Origin: an uncultured Gammaproteobacteria bacterium
GTDB lineage: Bacteria > Patescibacteriota > Microgenomatia > Curtissbacterales > GWA2-41-24
NCBI GenBank assembly: GCA_964492425.1
Contig: CAZBKB010000003.1
Coordinates: 6,682 to 70,681 of the forward strand
DNA: 64,000 bases
Reading direction: 5' to 3'
The position numbers were made by a program, and so were the translations under genes. Positions 49,493 to 60,135 of this stretch are shown piece after piece. Under the pieces are notes generated by a model. It worked only from the letters and a program-made list of their open reading frames with translations, made no database searches and was not told the DNA's origin. Position 1 is the first letter of the stretch, and each line of letters begins with the position of its first letter.

Positions 49493-51192
49493 AGTTTCTT
49501 GTATATTTTTAGATTCCCCTCACTATAAACAACCTCAAAATTATTGTATAGCAGTTCTTTATTTTCCAAAAGTTCACCTAAAGCATCACCCGAAAGATTC
49601 TCATCAAGAACCACCCAGGTTGCATGTCGGGTTGGATCTGTTAGTGAATTCCTCCACCACTTTCTACTCCCTTCGTATATAAAATTGTTATAGGAAAGTT
49701 TAGTTTGAAACATGAAATTTTCGTGCCTATGAGCACTTACTAAAATTAAACCTCCGTCATAATTCTCGCGAAACCACTTTGAATACTCAAATTCAAGATA
49801 CTCGGCCTTTTTAGGAAGAGAAAAAGTCAATAAAAATGGTGTTGCAAATAATGTATAAAGCTGGAATATAATTAGCCCAAACACAATTCCGGTTAATAAT
49901 TTATTCCTGCCGTAAACGAGCCCAATCATAACTGCCATAAGTGGTAATGTAATTATTCCATAGCGAATATTAGAACTTGACCCAAAATTTAAATTCTTAT
50001 TCAAAATATTGGCAAAAGTTACCATTGGTGTTTCGATTTTCGGGATTAACCCTTTCGAATATCCCACAATTAAGAAACCGAATACGCAAAAGGTCATTAT
50101 AAAAATCGGGGTTAATAAAACATCTAATTTTCGCCTAACAACGTTTAGCAAATTTAGAGCACATAAGTACAAGAAGGCAATTGCAGCCAGAAGACTGATA
50201 ATAATACCATTTATAAAAAGCATAGCTGTGGAATAAATTTTTAAAGCATCGAATAATTTTATATTCCTATCAGGTTCAGAAACTGCCCCGACACCCTCTA
50301 CTGTAACCACTGGATCTACGGCAATGACCAGCTTTTTACCTGTATATAAATTTAACCAGTATATCGGATCCTTAAAAATTAAAAATGAATAAAATGACCA
50401 CAATAAAATACCAAAAACAGCCAAAGTTACAAAGAAAATAACTACACCCTGTATTTTCTGTTTGTTTTTAAGTGAATAAATTGCAGCCGAAACTGCCCCA
50501 ACACTCAATGTGGCAGCACCAAATAGTGCATAACCCTCATAACGGGTCAATGTTGTTAAAATTACAAACACTGCAGCATACAACAGATGCAAAATATTTT
50601 TGGTCTTTGCCCATTTGGTTAAAAAGTAAACAATCATGACCAGTGTGAAAAGGAAAAAAGATTCACTCATAGCCATAGTTTGCAAAAAAAGTATATTAAT
50701 ATTTGTGACATACACAAACCAGGCTAAAATTCCGCCAAACCTGTTTTTCGTGATTATATAAACAGTCTTGTAGAGAAACACCGCACTTATAATAAATGCA
50801 ATCATTGAAGGAATTGCCCCAGCCAGCCCGCTATGCCATAAGAATTTATTCCAAATAAATGGCAAAAATAATACCTGCGGAAATGGAAGCCAAATACCTC
50901 CAAGCTGAGCAAAGCCAGGTGTTAATGAATCAATAATTTTTCTTGCAATATTTAGACGTGCAATTGCATCATAATCTGCCAGATTCTTATTCCCCGAAAA
51001 ATAAAACACCAAAAAAGAAATAATGCTTATAAAAATTGTTGCCAGAATAAGCCAAAAATCAAACTTATTGTAAAAAAAATCCTTTTTAAAACCGTTTTTT
51101 TGCCTCTCTTTTCTCTCACCAATAATCGAATTCGCACTGGCAAGTGCTCCATGATTCGGCAATCTTGGTGCAATCACTTTATTCCCTTTCAA
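49489..51192 (-). CDS. GT-C superfamily glycosyltransferase (PMT/ArnT-like, GT39/83-type), about 12 TM
   Basis: Multi-TM architecture with a periplasmic loop. The 4-nt overlaps with the GT2 gene upstream and the TIM-barrel protein gene downstream suggest an operon. Confidence 0.5.
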   Translation of the reverse strand: MKGNKVIAPRLPNHGALASANSIIGERKERQKNGFKKDFFYNKFDFWLILATIFISIISFLVFYFSGNKNLADYDAIARLNIARKIIDSLTPGFAQLGGIWLPFPQVLFLPFIWNKFLWHSGLAGAIPSMIAFIISAVFLYKTVYIITKNRFGGILAWFVYVTNINILFLQTMAMSESFFLFTLVMIVYFLTKWAKTKNILHLLYAAVFVILTTLTRYEGYALFGAATLSVGAVSAAIYSLKNKQKIQGVVIFFVTLAVFGILLWSFYSFLIFKDPIYWLNLYTGKKLVIAVDPVVTVEGVGAVSEPDRNIKLFDALKIYSTAMLFINGIIISLLAAIAFLYLCALNLLNVVRRKLDVLLTPIFIMTFCVFGFLIVGYSKGLIPKIETPMVTFANILNKNLNFGSSSNIRYGIITLPLMAVMIGLVYGRNKLLTGIVFGLIIFQLYTLFATPFLLTFSLPKKAEYLEFEYSKWFRENYDGGLILVSAHRHENFMFQTKLSYNNFIYEGSRKWWRNSLTDPTRHATWVVLDENLSGDALGELLENKELLYNNFEVVYSEGNLKIYKKL

Positions 51193-52084
51193 AAATGGTT
51201 AAATTTTGAGAGTTAGTCCTGAGGTTAAAGGTTACATACCGAGAAAAATTTACCGCAAATTCCAAAACCGCAAGTATAGTAAATATTGGCGACTTAAAAA
51301 AACTCAAAAAAAGCTGCTTTAAAAGTAAAATCCTGGGAAACCTGTATTCAATGTCAATATATTGCTTGTCGAAATATTGAGACAAGGCTGATTTTCCAAG
51401 ATAAAATTTGTCGCTATGTGCTTGCCGATCCTCAGTCGTACTAATATTCTTTGCTAACACCCTGGCGTCGTTTGCCTTCACCATCAGGAATCCAAGTTCT
51501 TTTAGCCTTAAATAGCAGTAGCAATCTTCAGGTACATCAGATGGAAAAAATAATTTTCTAGAAAAGCTGCGTGCAATCGCTCTCATTGTATGGCCGCTGC
51601 AATTGTATAAATTATCACCTCCGCGAAATTTTTCGAACGCGTTTTGCTTTATTTCATTTTCAGTCCGAAAAACTTTCTCAAAGAACGTTCTTGGAGTTTC
51701 CATAATATCCCTTCCAACCACCATACCGATTCTAGAGTTGTCACAGTCATGATACGGTTTAACCAGTTTTGCAAGCGTCCAACAGTCATATGGTACAGTA
51801 TCAGCTTCCACTATAACCAAAATATCCCCCTTAAATTTTGCAATCATTTGATTCTGTCTTGCCTGCTGACTCATTCTTTGTCCGTCATCATAAAACTTTA
51901 CCCTTCTATCCTTTATACTTTTAACTATTTGTGCAGTTAAATCAGTGCTCCCGTCAGAAATTATCAAAACCTCACTAAGTTTGAAACCAACCTCCTTTTG
52001 CGAAAGTATCAGCCGAACGAGCTTTCCAATATTTTTTTCTTCGTTGTAGGCAGGAATTCCGACCGTTACTTGTAAATTTTTCAT
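51179..52084 (-). CDS. Family 2 glycosyltransferase (polyprenyl-phosphate sugar transferase-like)
   Basis: VGIPAYNEEKNI...ISDGSTD motifs. Confidence 0.75.
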   Translation of the reverse strand: MKNLQVTVGIPAYNEEKNIGKLVRLILSQKEVGFKLSEVLIISDGSTDLTAQIVKSIKDRRVKFYDDGQRMSQQARQNQMIAKFKGDILVIVEADTVPYDCWTLAKLVKPYHDCDNSRIGMVVGRDIMETPRTFFEKVFRTENEIKQNAFEKFRGGDNLYNCSGHTMRAIARSFSRKLFFPSDVPEDCYCYLRLKELGFLMVKANDARVLAKNISTTEDRQAHSDKFYLGKSALSQYFDKQYIDIEYRFPRILLLKQLFLSFFKSPIFTILAVLEFAVNFSRYVTFNLRTNSQNLTIFERE

Positions 52085-53163
52085 ATTGATATTTTTGTAA
52101 ACTTGGCAAATTTCAGGGTGTTTTTTATGATTGAGCTTATCTCTTTACCTTTTAATCTTGGGTAAAGCGGCAAGCTTACACACCTTGCACCTATAAATTC
52201 TGTATTTCTTAAAGAACCTCGAAAGTATTTCTTGTAACCTTTCATTTTGTGAAGAGGCAAATAGTGAATCCCCAGATGAATTCCTGCTTTTCTCATAGAA
52301 ATCAGGAACCGGTCCCTGTTTTCAACAAGTATCGGGTACAGATGGTTGCCAGTGTTCTTAAAACCAAAAGCCTTGTTGTACTTATTAACTATTTCATTTC
52401 TTTTATTGTTAAACTTCTCAACCTTTAGAAGCTGCTTCCGCCCAATGGCTGCCTCAACATCTGTCATATCAAAGTTCCAGGAAGGAAAATCTACCTCCCA
52501 ATAAAATCCGGATGGGTCATCAACTTTTTCCCTGCCTCGGTAACGCGCCAGTGTATCTTTGGTTAACCCTCCATGGCACGCTTTTTGGTAAAAGTTCCAA
52601 TCTTTTTTACTGTTTGTCGCAATCATACCACCACGAACAGTCGTCATATTCTTGACAGCATAAAACGAATAACAGCTCACATTGCCACGAAAGTCATTCT
52701 TTTCAATTCTATGTGCACTATCATAAATAACCGGAACACTAAAACTGCTAAAACCGGTAGCATATCGTGCAGCAAAGTGTACAGGAATGATAGCTTTGGT
52801 TTTTTTAGTAATCTTACGCTTGACATCTGCCGGATCCAGACACCAATCGGACAACTTTACATCCGCAAAAACCGGCACACCGCCTGCATGTATCACCACA
52901 GCAGCTGTTGCAGTCCAGGTTAAAGAAGGCACAATCACTTCATCACCAGACTTTAAATTCAACTTGGAAAGTGCCAGGTAAAGCGCCATAGTACAACCGT
53001 TTGTAGCAACTGCATATTTTGAACCGATAAATTTGGCGAACTCTTGCTCCAGGGCAACACAATGCTGACCGCGAATGAGCCATTCCGACTTCAAAACCGC
53101 AACTGCTGCGTTTATCTCATCCCGGCCAATATTAGGTCTTGATAAATTGATAGACTTTCTCAT
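52081..53163 (-). CDS. DegT/DnrJ/EryC1/StrS family PLP-dependent sugar aminotransferase
   Basis: GDEVIVPSLTWTATAAVV, pyridoxal-Lys region SFYAVKNMT. Confidence 0.8.
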   Translation of the reverse strand: MRKSINLSRPNIGRDEINAAVAVLKSEWLIRGQHCVALEQEFAKFIGSKYAVATNGCTMALYLALSKLNLKSGDEVIVPSLTWTATAAVVIHAGGVPVFADVKLSDWCLDPADVKRKITKKTKAIIPVHFAARYATGFSSFSVPVIYDSAHRIEKNDFRGNVSCYSFYAVKNMTTVRGGMIATNSKKDWNFYQKACHGGLTKDTLARYRGREKVDDPSGFYWEVDFPSWNFDMTDVEAAIGRKQLLKVEKFNNKRNEIVNKYNKAFGFKNTGNHLYPILVENRDRFLISMRKAGIHLGIHYLPLHKMKGYKKYFRGSLRNTEFIGARCVSLPLYPRLKGKEISSIIKNTLKFAKFTKISI

Positions 53164-54161
53164 AAAACCAGCCTCTCGATCATCACCCTTTTTCTGTAAT
53201 TGGGTCTGTTTATATGATTTCTAAGGTATTTAACACGAAAATACTCATCGTCACCTAGATCTTGTATCTCTCCATTCTCAAAAGACTTATAAAGCTCTGA
53301 AATTGCATCTTTTATTGTGAAGCGGCACTTAAACTTTAATTCACTCTTAATCCTGGAAAAATCAACAAGATAACTTCTTTTATCAACATTGTCATAAAGT
53401 TGTACAAACTCAACCTTTGGTAAATATTCGGCAATTTTTACGCCCAGCTGAGAAATTTTAAAATTCTGGTCGTTCGAACCGACATTAAAAACCCTATGTT
53501 TTGGACTTTTAATATGAAGAGCAAGATAAATTGCGCTTGCAACATCCCTGACATGAACAACCGGTCTCCATTGTTCCCCACCGTTTACAACTATTTTCTT
53601 TTCAAAAAAACTGTTTCCTATCATTGTATTAACCACTAAATCAAATCGTGGCTTTTTTGAATACCCATAAACTGTTGCAAGCCTCAAAATTATGCCATTT
53701 ACGTCAGAATCTAAATAAAATTTCTCAGACAGCATCTTTGTTCTTGCATATAAAGAAACAGGATTAGGTTTGTCCAGCTCATTAAAGATTCCTCTGCTGC
53801 TAAAGCCATAAACGGAACAAGATGAAGCATAAACTACCCTTTTGTCTGTTGACCTGCACAAATTGGCAATTGTCTCGTTCGCCCGATAATTTATTTCCCA
53901 GGTTAATGAAGGCGCAAGGTCAGAAGCAGGATCGTTAGATATCGCCGCCAAATTTACGATTGCTTCATGGCAGTCAATGGCCGGTAACAAATCATTGATA
54001 TTAGTAACATCAGCATGAATAAAATTACATCCGGCGTCAATTTTTGTACCTTTCTCATATAAAAGGTTGTCATAAACAGTAACCTCATCACCCCGAGATT
54101 TTAGATATTCACACAAAACAGAACCAATAAAGCCAGCCCCGCCTAAAATTAAAACCTTCAT
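53160..54161 (-). CDS. NAD-dependent epimerase/dehydratase (extended SDR)
   Basis: MKVLILGGAGFIGSVLCEYL Rossmann motif. 333 aa. Confidence 0.8.
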   Translation of the reverse strand: MKVLILGGAGFIGSVLCEYLKSRGDEVTVYDNLLYEKGTKIDAGCNFIHADVTNINDLLPAIDCHEAIVNLAAISNDPASDLAPSLTWEINYRANETIANLCRSTDKRVVYASSCSVYGFSSRGIFNELDKPNPVSLYARTKMLSEKFYLDSDVNGIILRLATVYGYSKKPRFDLVVNTMIGNSFFEKKIVVNGGEQWRPVVHVRDVASAIYLALHIKSPKHRVFNVGSNDQNFKISQLGVKIAEYLPKVEFVQLYDNVDKRSYLVDFSRIKSELKFKCRFTIKDAISELYKSFENGEIQDLGDDEYFRVKYLRNHINRPNYRKRVMIERLVL

Positions 54162-55285
54162 AATCTCTGCCTTTCGCGTTTATCCAGATCAACAACCTCA
54201 CGGCAAAAGTTGGCATAATCTCGCGAGATATTATTCCAACCATATTTTCTGGCAAAAGGCCTGGCAGATTTAGATAATTTCAGCCGAAGCTTAGAATTAG
54301 TCGAAATTTCAATCAATTTTTGAGATAGTTCATCAACCCTGAATGGTCTCGCCTTTAGCGAAACATCATCCGTAACCCACTTCATACCGGCAACATCAAA
54401 GCAAACAACCGGTTTTGAAAAACTCGTATATTCCAGAGGAACCAGTGGAAAATCTTCAAAACGTGAAGGATACACACCAAACTTTGCACCGCGAAGTAGC
54501 AGCTCTTTCTTTTTCCCATCAGCCCTCCCGACAAATCTGACTTTACCTTCAAGTTTTTTCTTTTTTATAAGACCGACAAGTCTTTTTTCCTCATCTTTTG
54601 GTCCATTTCCTGCAATTACAAGCTTTGTCGAAACCTTCCCATTTATCCTTGCGAATGCTTCAAGTAACAAGTCCAAACCTTTTTGTACAATATCAATCCT
54701 GCCGATAAAAAGTGCATAGTTCCCATCTTTTACTTTTTTTGTAAATGCTTCCTCGCCAATACCGTTCGGAATAAGCCGAAAATGAATTTTCGGATTCATT
54801 TTCAACATTTTTTTCTGGTTTATAGGTGAATATGCAAGAAAATATTTATAGAATCTAACACCCAATTTTTCAACTAAATGAAACGGCAAATGATACTTCT
54901 TGGAAAATTCACCGGCTTCGAACATTGTAGGCATCCCGATTACAGGAATCTTGGTATAAAGCGGCGAAAAACAAGTTGAAATCGGGGCAGTAAAACACTC
55001 AATAATAACGTCTGCCTTAAATTTCCAAAGTGCAAGAGGAAGAGCCACAAAGAAAGCTGCATTGTTAAACCGTATATTAGCACTCCCCAAACCTATGTGC
55101 TTATAAAAAATCCCATAATACTTTTGGTCCTTGGATTTCGGGTACCTTGAACAAATTATCGTTACCTTATGACCCATTTTGACCAGACGCCTGCTCACCT
55201 CAAAAGTTGCCCTTGCCTGGCCACCAGACAAAAAAGGATTTTTAATATCATCAAAATCAACAAATGTTATGTGTAACTTCTTCAT
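54158..55285 (-). CDS. Family 4 (GT-B) glycosyltransferase
   Basis: GT4 C-terminal domain with an E-x7-E-like FEDFPLVPLE. Confidence 0.7.
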   Translation of the reverse strand: MKKLHITFVDFDDIKNPFLSGGQARATFEVSRRLVKMGHKVTIICSRYPKSKDQKYYGIFYKHIGLGSANIRFNNAAFFVALPLALWKFKADVIIECFTAPISTCFSPLYTKIPVIGMPTMFEAGEFSKKYHLPFHLVEKLGVRFYKYFLAYSPINQKKMLKMNPKIHFRLIPNGIGEEAFTKKVKDGNYALFIGRIDIVQKGLDLLLEAFARINGKVSTKLVIAGNGPKDEEKRLVGLIKKKKLEGKVRFVGRADGKKKELLLRGAKFGVYPSRFEDFPLVPLEYTSFSKPVVCFDVAGMKWVTDDVSLKARPFRVDELSQKLIEISTNSKLRLKLSKSARPFARKYGWNNISRDYANFCREVVDLDKRERQRL

Positions 55286-58200
55286 ATTTTCTCCCCACCC
55301 AAAGCCACGTTCTCAGTAAATTTCGGACTTTTAGCTGAATTCACTTCCCTAAGTATTAGATTGTAAAAAGCAGTGGAACTACGCTCCCATGAAAATTGGG
55401 ATGCCCACAAAGTACCCTGACGCTCTAACCTTTTTCTAAGTTCTTCATTGGATATTAAGCTTAAAATTGAACTTGAAAATGAATCTACGTTTCCCCACTC
55501 AACCAGAAATCCGTTATAGTTGTGGACAACTGAATCACGAAGACCAGCAACGCTGGAAGCGATAACAGCCGTGGAGCAAGAACTTGCTTCCACTACCGAG
55601 ATTCCCCACCCCTCTAGCATTGATGGTTGTACAAATATCCAAGATTCTGAAAGTAATTTCCACTTCAGCTCGTCATCAACCCGACCCATGAACTCCACCG
55701 AACTTACGAGTCCTAATTTTTCGACTAATCGTTTCAGAAAATCTTCACTCTCCCCTTCTCCAGCAATGATTAGTCTAGCCTTAGGATAAACAGATGCAAT
55801 TTTTATCATCGAATAAATCAATGTATCAATAGATTTATACGGTTTTAATCTACCCATGTATAAAAGTTGCGGGTATTGGGTCTTTGCATATTTATTGACG
55901 TTTACATTGTCAACTCCAGGATTAATTACTTCTATACTGTTTACAAAGCCAAGTTTTTCCAAGTCAACTTTCGAAGAATTAGACACAGTCACAAGCTTCT
56001 TATTCCTGTACGCAACAGGCATCAAAAACCCTTCTAAAACCTGTGCAATTTTATTAAACGGAAACGCAAGCTGTGTTCTAAAAACTTCTTGATGCACGTG
56101 ATGTACCAGTACAATGATCGGCAAATTTGAATACAGAGGTGTAAAAAACGGGATTCCGTTTTCGCAGTCAATCACCAGATCAAATTTTTTCCTAAATCTG
56201 AAAATGTAATAAAGAAATGCCCATATATACACTGTATAAAAACCGCCACGTCTGATAATATTTACACCATCAATTTTTTCAAACCTCAAATTATGGCCAT
56301 CATTACCGCAAAATATAGTAACCTGATGGCCCTGTTTTACTAAATTTTTTGCAATCTCATGGGCATATATCTCTGCTCCTCCTGCCCATTTGTGCTTTAA
56401 GTCTCGCCAGTTCATAATTAAAATTCTCAAGTTTGGATAAATTAATGCTTTTTTATTCTTATTAGGCGCAAACAGTAATACCAAATCCTCTAAATTCCTA
56501 CTAACAACCCGCACCCTCTCTTCAAATATGTGCATTAACAGCAAGACCACGAAACCCGATATGCTTACAATAAACATTCCGTTCACTATCTGACTAATAT
56601 TGGAATGGAAAATGGAAATCATAAAAATTTCGAAGAGTGCCAATGCTAATCCAACCGCAGGAAATAAATTTAGTTTTCTTGTCTGATGAAAAAGCATCAG
56701 AGAGGTTGATATAGTAAAAAGCAAAATCGCAAACCCAAATAGCGGCAAAAACTGCGCAATCACATGTGCCTTATCACCAAATAATATTGGCGCACTTATA
56801 TGCCCAAAAAGACCAATTGCAATATATGCCCCACAGGCACCGATTGACGAAAGTGCGAAAATTTTATTAAATGTGCTCTTACTCTTTTGGCCCTCTCCTT
56901 CTTCTTTAGAAACTATTGGAGTAATAAATTGCGAAAAAAGGGAACCTATAAAGAAAATCGACTTGGCGGCAATAGAAAGTAATGCGTACCTCCCGGCTTC
57001 TTCATTTGGTAAATAATGCTTCGCTAAGATTAAATCCAAGCTTATAAATGCAACGATCCAAAACTTCGTCAAGATCGAAGTAATAAAAAACTTAGATGGG
57101 AATAAAAGATGGTCTTCAATTCTCTTATGTTTTGCCTTACCAAGCCTCGAAGCATAAATCCAACCTGCGCAAAATGCGATTACCAGTGAGATTGGAATCG
57201 CCACATAAACAAATCTTCCAAATCCCATTTCAACCAAGAACCAGGTAAACATTAACCTAGAAATAGCCTCAACGACTAAAAGGATCCCGACTGCCTGGTA
57301 CTTATGACTTCCAAAAATAAAACCTTCATCGACAGCTGCAACTGCACCAACGAGCCAAACCGGCGAAAACAGAATAAACGGCAAAATAGAATTTTCTCTA
57401 AAATAGACACTAAAAAACGGTGACAAAATGATCCATACAAGTGCAACCCCGCAGCTCAACAGGAAAACTTTCTTTCTTGTTTGCCTCCAAAATTCAGATA
57501 TCACTTCCTTGTGCTTGCCCAGGAAAAAAGCGGTCTTGTGGGTAACAGTTCTTGAAAGTGATACGAAAAGTATTGTTGTTAAAAATGTAAAACTGCCGAT
57601 TAGAGAAATAAGTGCGTAACTTTCCAAAGAAACAGCTCTTGTTAAATATGCGTTGTAAATGAAATTCAAAAAGTTGGCAAATACTGTCGAAATCACCAAA
57701 AATGAACCGGAACCTGCCAGATAACCGGATATTTTTGGGAGTCCAGGAATATTATTCTTTAGCCTCGGTAAACTTAAAAAACTATATACCCCTTCAAATT
57801 GAGACCCAAATACTGCCTTAATATTTTGCCAAATAGATAATGTGCCGGATAGTTCGGTTTGTTTGATATTCAAACCGTGCTGTGTCTTTTCCCAAAAATG
57901 AGGCTTAAAGATTAACTGGTGCAACCCAACGAGAGCCGCAACACTCCCTAATAACCAGTACAAAGGAATTAAAAATACATATTTTACAAGAGACCACTGT
58001 TCACGTTTAGCACAACCGATCATGAAGAAATACATGTACATAAAGTTCCCAAAAACAAGGGAAATTATTGCCATATAAAAAACAGGTGCCGGATAAAGCT
58101 TATTTACGGTTTCCCCCATAATCGAAAAGAGCGGAAAATACAGTAGTGTTACTAACCACAAAATTGGGTTAATAAACATAAATGCAATTTTTCCACCCAA

Positions 58201-59994
58201 AAGAAGCTGGAATACAAATGCATGTAATCCATATTCTCTATAAAATTTCAGCGGGTTTCTCGTATGTACAAGATAGGTTTGCATGTAACCCTTAAGCCAG
58301 CGGGAACGCTGCCTGATCCAATTGCCAACCCTGCTATTTGCCTCTTCATACGTAGTAGAGTCAATAACAGCCGTTTTGTAACCTGCTTTGAAAAGCCTTA
58401 CGCCAAGGTCTGCATCCTCGGTAACATTAAAGGGGTCCCATCCTTCTAATTTTTTAAGTTCGTCAACCGGAAAATGGTTACTGGTTCCTCCAAGAGGAAT
58501 ATTGGTTTTAATGGATTGCAAACCCATAAGTACAACGTCAAACCAGAGGGAATATTCTGCTGTAAAAAGCCTGGTCAAAATGTTTTGATGGGCGTTGTGG
58601 TAGTTTAATTTCGCTTGAAGACACATCACATCCCGTGGTACTTTTGAGAAAGCTATGTACGCCTTTTTCAGCTGTTTTGGGTCCGGTACGTCCTCGGCAT
58701 CATAGACAACCAAAAGCTCTCCCCTCGCATGCCATAATCCCCAGTTACAAGCCTTGGGTTTTGTCTTTGGAAGAGAATCGGGAACAACAAGTGTACTTAC
58801 ATAAGATGGCAAATTACCCGCTTCGCACAACTCAATACTCTCACGGTCATCTTCCTCAAGAAGCAATATTGTATCCAGCTTGTCTTTTGGCCAATCCAGT
58901 TTATCAATTGCTCCTAAAAAATTAGGTAAAATTTCAGCCTCTTTATACAAAGGACAAAGTATTGTATATATTGGCAAATCAGATTCAACCAAAGCATCAA
59001 TTTCCTCATCAGTTACACTAATGGCAGACTCATGATGAAGGCTTCTTAAAATAAGAAAGAAGTTAAAAATTACATCAACAAAGTAAACAACGCTTAAAAC
59101 CCCAACGAATATTCCAAGTGTAAAAAGTACATTTTTGAAAAGACCATAAGACACCACACCAAACAAGAAAAATACAAATAATTTTTGCCAGGCAACAAAA
59201 TTTTCAAGAGCGCTTATATCGGATTTTAATATTGTATGTGTTATATATCTCTTTCCACCATACGCGACTCCCGCACCAATGTTTGTATCGCTCGCTTTGG
59301 GTTTAAAATAAACAGGTTCAATTCTTCTAAGCTTTAACAGCAGTGCATTTAGAAACAGTTCAACTGAGACTTTGCCAACATTAAGTTTAGATTTTCCAGC
59401 ATTTCTTTTTTTAAATTCAATATCATGGCTGCCGATAGTAAAACCGGCTTCTTTTGCCCTTTTCAAAAATTCAAGGTCAAATGTCCAAGCGCTTTTAGCC
59501 CTATAAGAGATAGTTTCTATCACCTCGCGCCTAAAAACCTTCAAACCGGATTGTACGTCGGCATTAATATCAAAAAATAGATTGGAAAATACGTTTTTAA
59601 AAGTTTTACTTAAAAAGGTTCTTAATTTACCGGTTTTATTTACTTTTCTGTTTGCAACAACAATATCGTAATCTTTTAATCTTTTTAACATTTCATAAAT
59701 CTCCCCGGGGTCATATTGTAAATCTGAGTCCAGAATTGCCAATATATCATATTTTGCGCTCAAAAATCCCTGAATTAGCGAATAAGCCTTACCCTTTTTG
59801 CCAGTTTTCCGAAATACGCGAATAGGGTGTAAACTTGAAAGCTCATTTAAAAACTCAAATGTACCATCCTCTGATTTATCATCAACAAAAATAATTTCAA
59901 ATTCCAAATAAGGTAATAAGGCCTCCTCAAGCCGCAAAATAAGAGGTTCAACGTTTTCCCTTTCGTTATATGTCGGAACAATGACACTAAGCAT
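55282..59994 (-). CDS. 1570-aa fusion protein: GT2 (Dpm1-like) + processive CESA-like GT2 (QxxRW) + multi-TM transporter/flippase-like region + GT4
   Basis: N-terminal VIVPTYNERENV. QRSRW motif. About 20 predicted TM helices in the middle. C-terminal EGWGISVVEA GT4 motif. One continuous ORF. Confidence 0.65.
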   Translation of the reverse strand: MLSVIVPTYNERENVEPLILRLEEALLPYLEFEIIFVDDKSEDGTFEFLNELSSLHPIRVFRKTGKKGKAYSLIQGFLSAKYDILAILDSDLQYDPGEIYEMLKRLKDYDIVVANRKVNKTGKLRTFLSKTFKNVFSNLFFDINADVQSGLKVFRREVIETISYRAKSAWTFDLEFLKRAKEAGFTIGSHDIEFKKRNAGKSKLNVGKVSVELFLNALLLKLRRIEPVYFKPKASDTNIGAGVAYGGKRYITHTILKSDISALENFVAWQKLFVFFLFGVVSYGLFKNVLFTLGIFVGVLSVVYFVDVIFNFFLILRSLHHESAISVTDEEIDALVESDLPIYTILCPLYKEAEILPNFLGAIDKLDWPKDKLDTILLLEEDDRESIELCEAGNLPSYVSTLVVPDSLPKTKPKACNWGLWHARGELLVVYDAEDVPDPKQLKKAYIAFSKVPRDVMCLQAKLNYHNAHQNILTRLFTAEYSLWFDVVLMGLQSIKTNIPLGGTSNHFPVDELKKLEGWDPFNVTEDADLGVRLFKAGYKTAVIDSTTYEEANSRVGNWIRQRSRWLKGYMQTYLVHTRNPLKFYREYGLHAFVFQLLLGGKIAFMFINPILWLVTLLYFPLFSIMGETVNKLYPAPVFYMAIISLVFGNFMYMYFFMIGCAKREQWSLVKYVFLIPLYWLLGSVAALVGLHQLIFKPHFWEKTQHGLNIKQTELSGTLSIWQNIKAVFGSQFEGVYSFLSLPRLKNNIPGLPKISGYLAGSGSFLVISTVFANFLNFIYNAYLTRAVSLESYALISLIGSFTFLTTILFVSLSRTVTHKTAFFLGKHKEVISEFWRQTRKKVFLLSCGVALVWIILSPFFSVYFRENSILPFILFSPVWLVGAVAAVDEGFIFGSHKYQAVGILLVVEAISRLMFTWFLVEMGFGRFVYVAIPISLVIAFCAGWIYASRLGKAKHKRIEDHLLFPSKFFITSILTKFWIVAFISLDLILAKHYLPNEEAGRYALLSIAAKSIFFIGSLFSQFITPIVSKEEGEGQKSKSTFNKIFALSSIGACGAYIAIGLFGHISAPILFGDKAHVIAQFLPLFGFAILLFTISTSLMLFHQTRKLNLFPAVGLALALFEIFMISIFHSNISQIVNGMFIVSISGFVVLLLMHIFEERVRVVSRNLEDLVLLFAPNKNKKALIYPNLRILIMNWRDLKHKWAGGAEIYAHEIAKNLVKQGHQVTIFCGNDGHNLRFEKIDGVNIIRRGGFYTVYIWAFLYYIFRFRKKFDLVIDCENGIPFFTPLYSNLPIIVLVHHVHQEVFRTQLAFPFNKIAQVLEGFLMPVAYRNKKLVTVSNSSKVDLEKLGFVNSIEVINPGVDNVNVNKYAKTQYPQLLYMGRLKPYKSIDTLIYSMIKIASVYPKARLIIAGEGESEDFLKRLVEKLGLVSSVEFMGRVDDELKWKLLSESWIFVQPSMLEGWGISVVEASSCSTAVIASSVAGLRDSVVHNYNGFLVEWGNVDSFSSSILSLISNEELRKRLERQGTLWASQFSWERSSTAFYNLILREVNSAKSPKFTENVALGGEKI

Positions 59995-60135
59995 GGCAAG
60001 CTAATTTTTAGGGATATTAAAAATCCCAACGGGCAGCGCAAATTAACGATTGAACATATTATCATATAGTAATCACGTTTACAAGTTAAATCCAAAATAT
60101 TAAATATCTTATAATTTTGAGGTGTAAGCTAAAAC

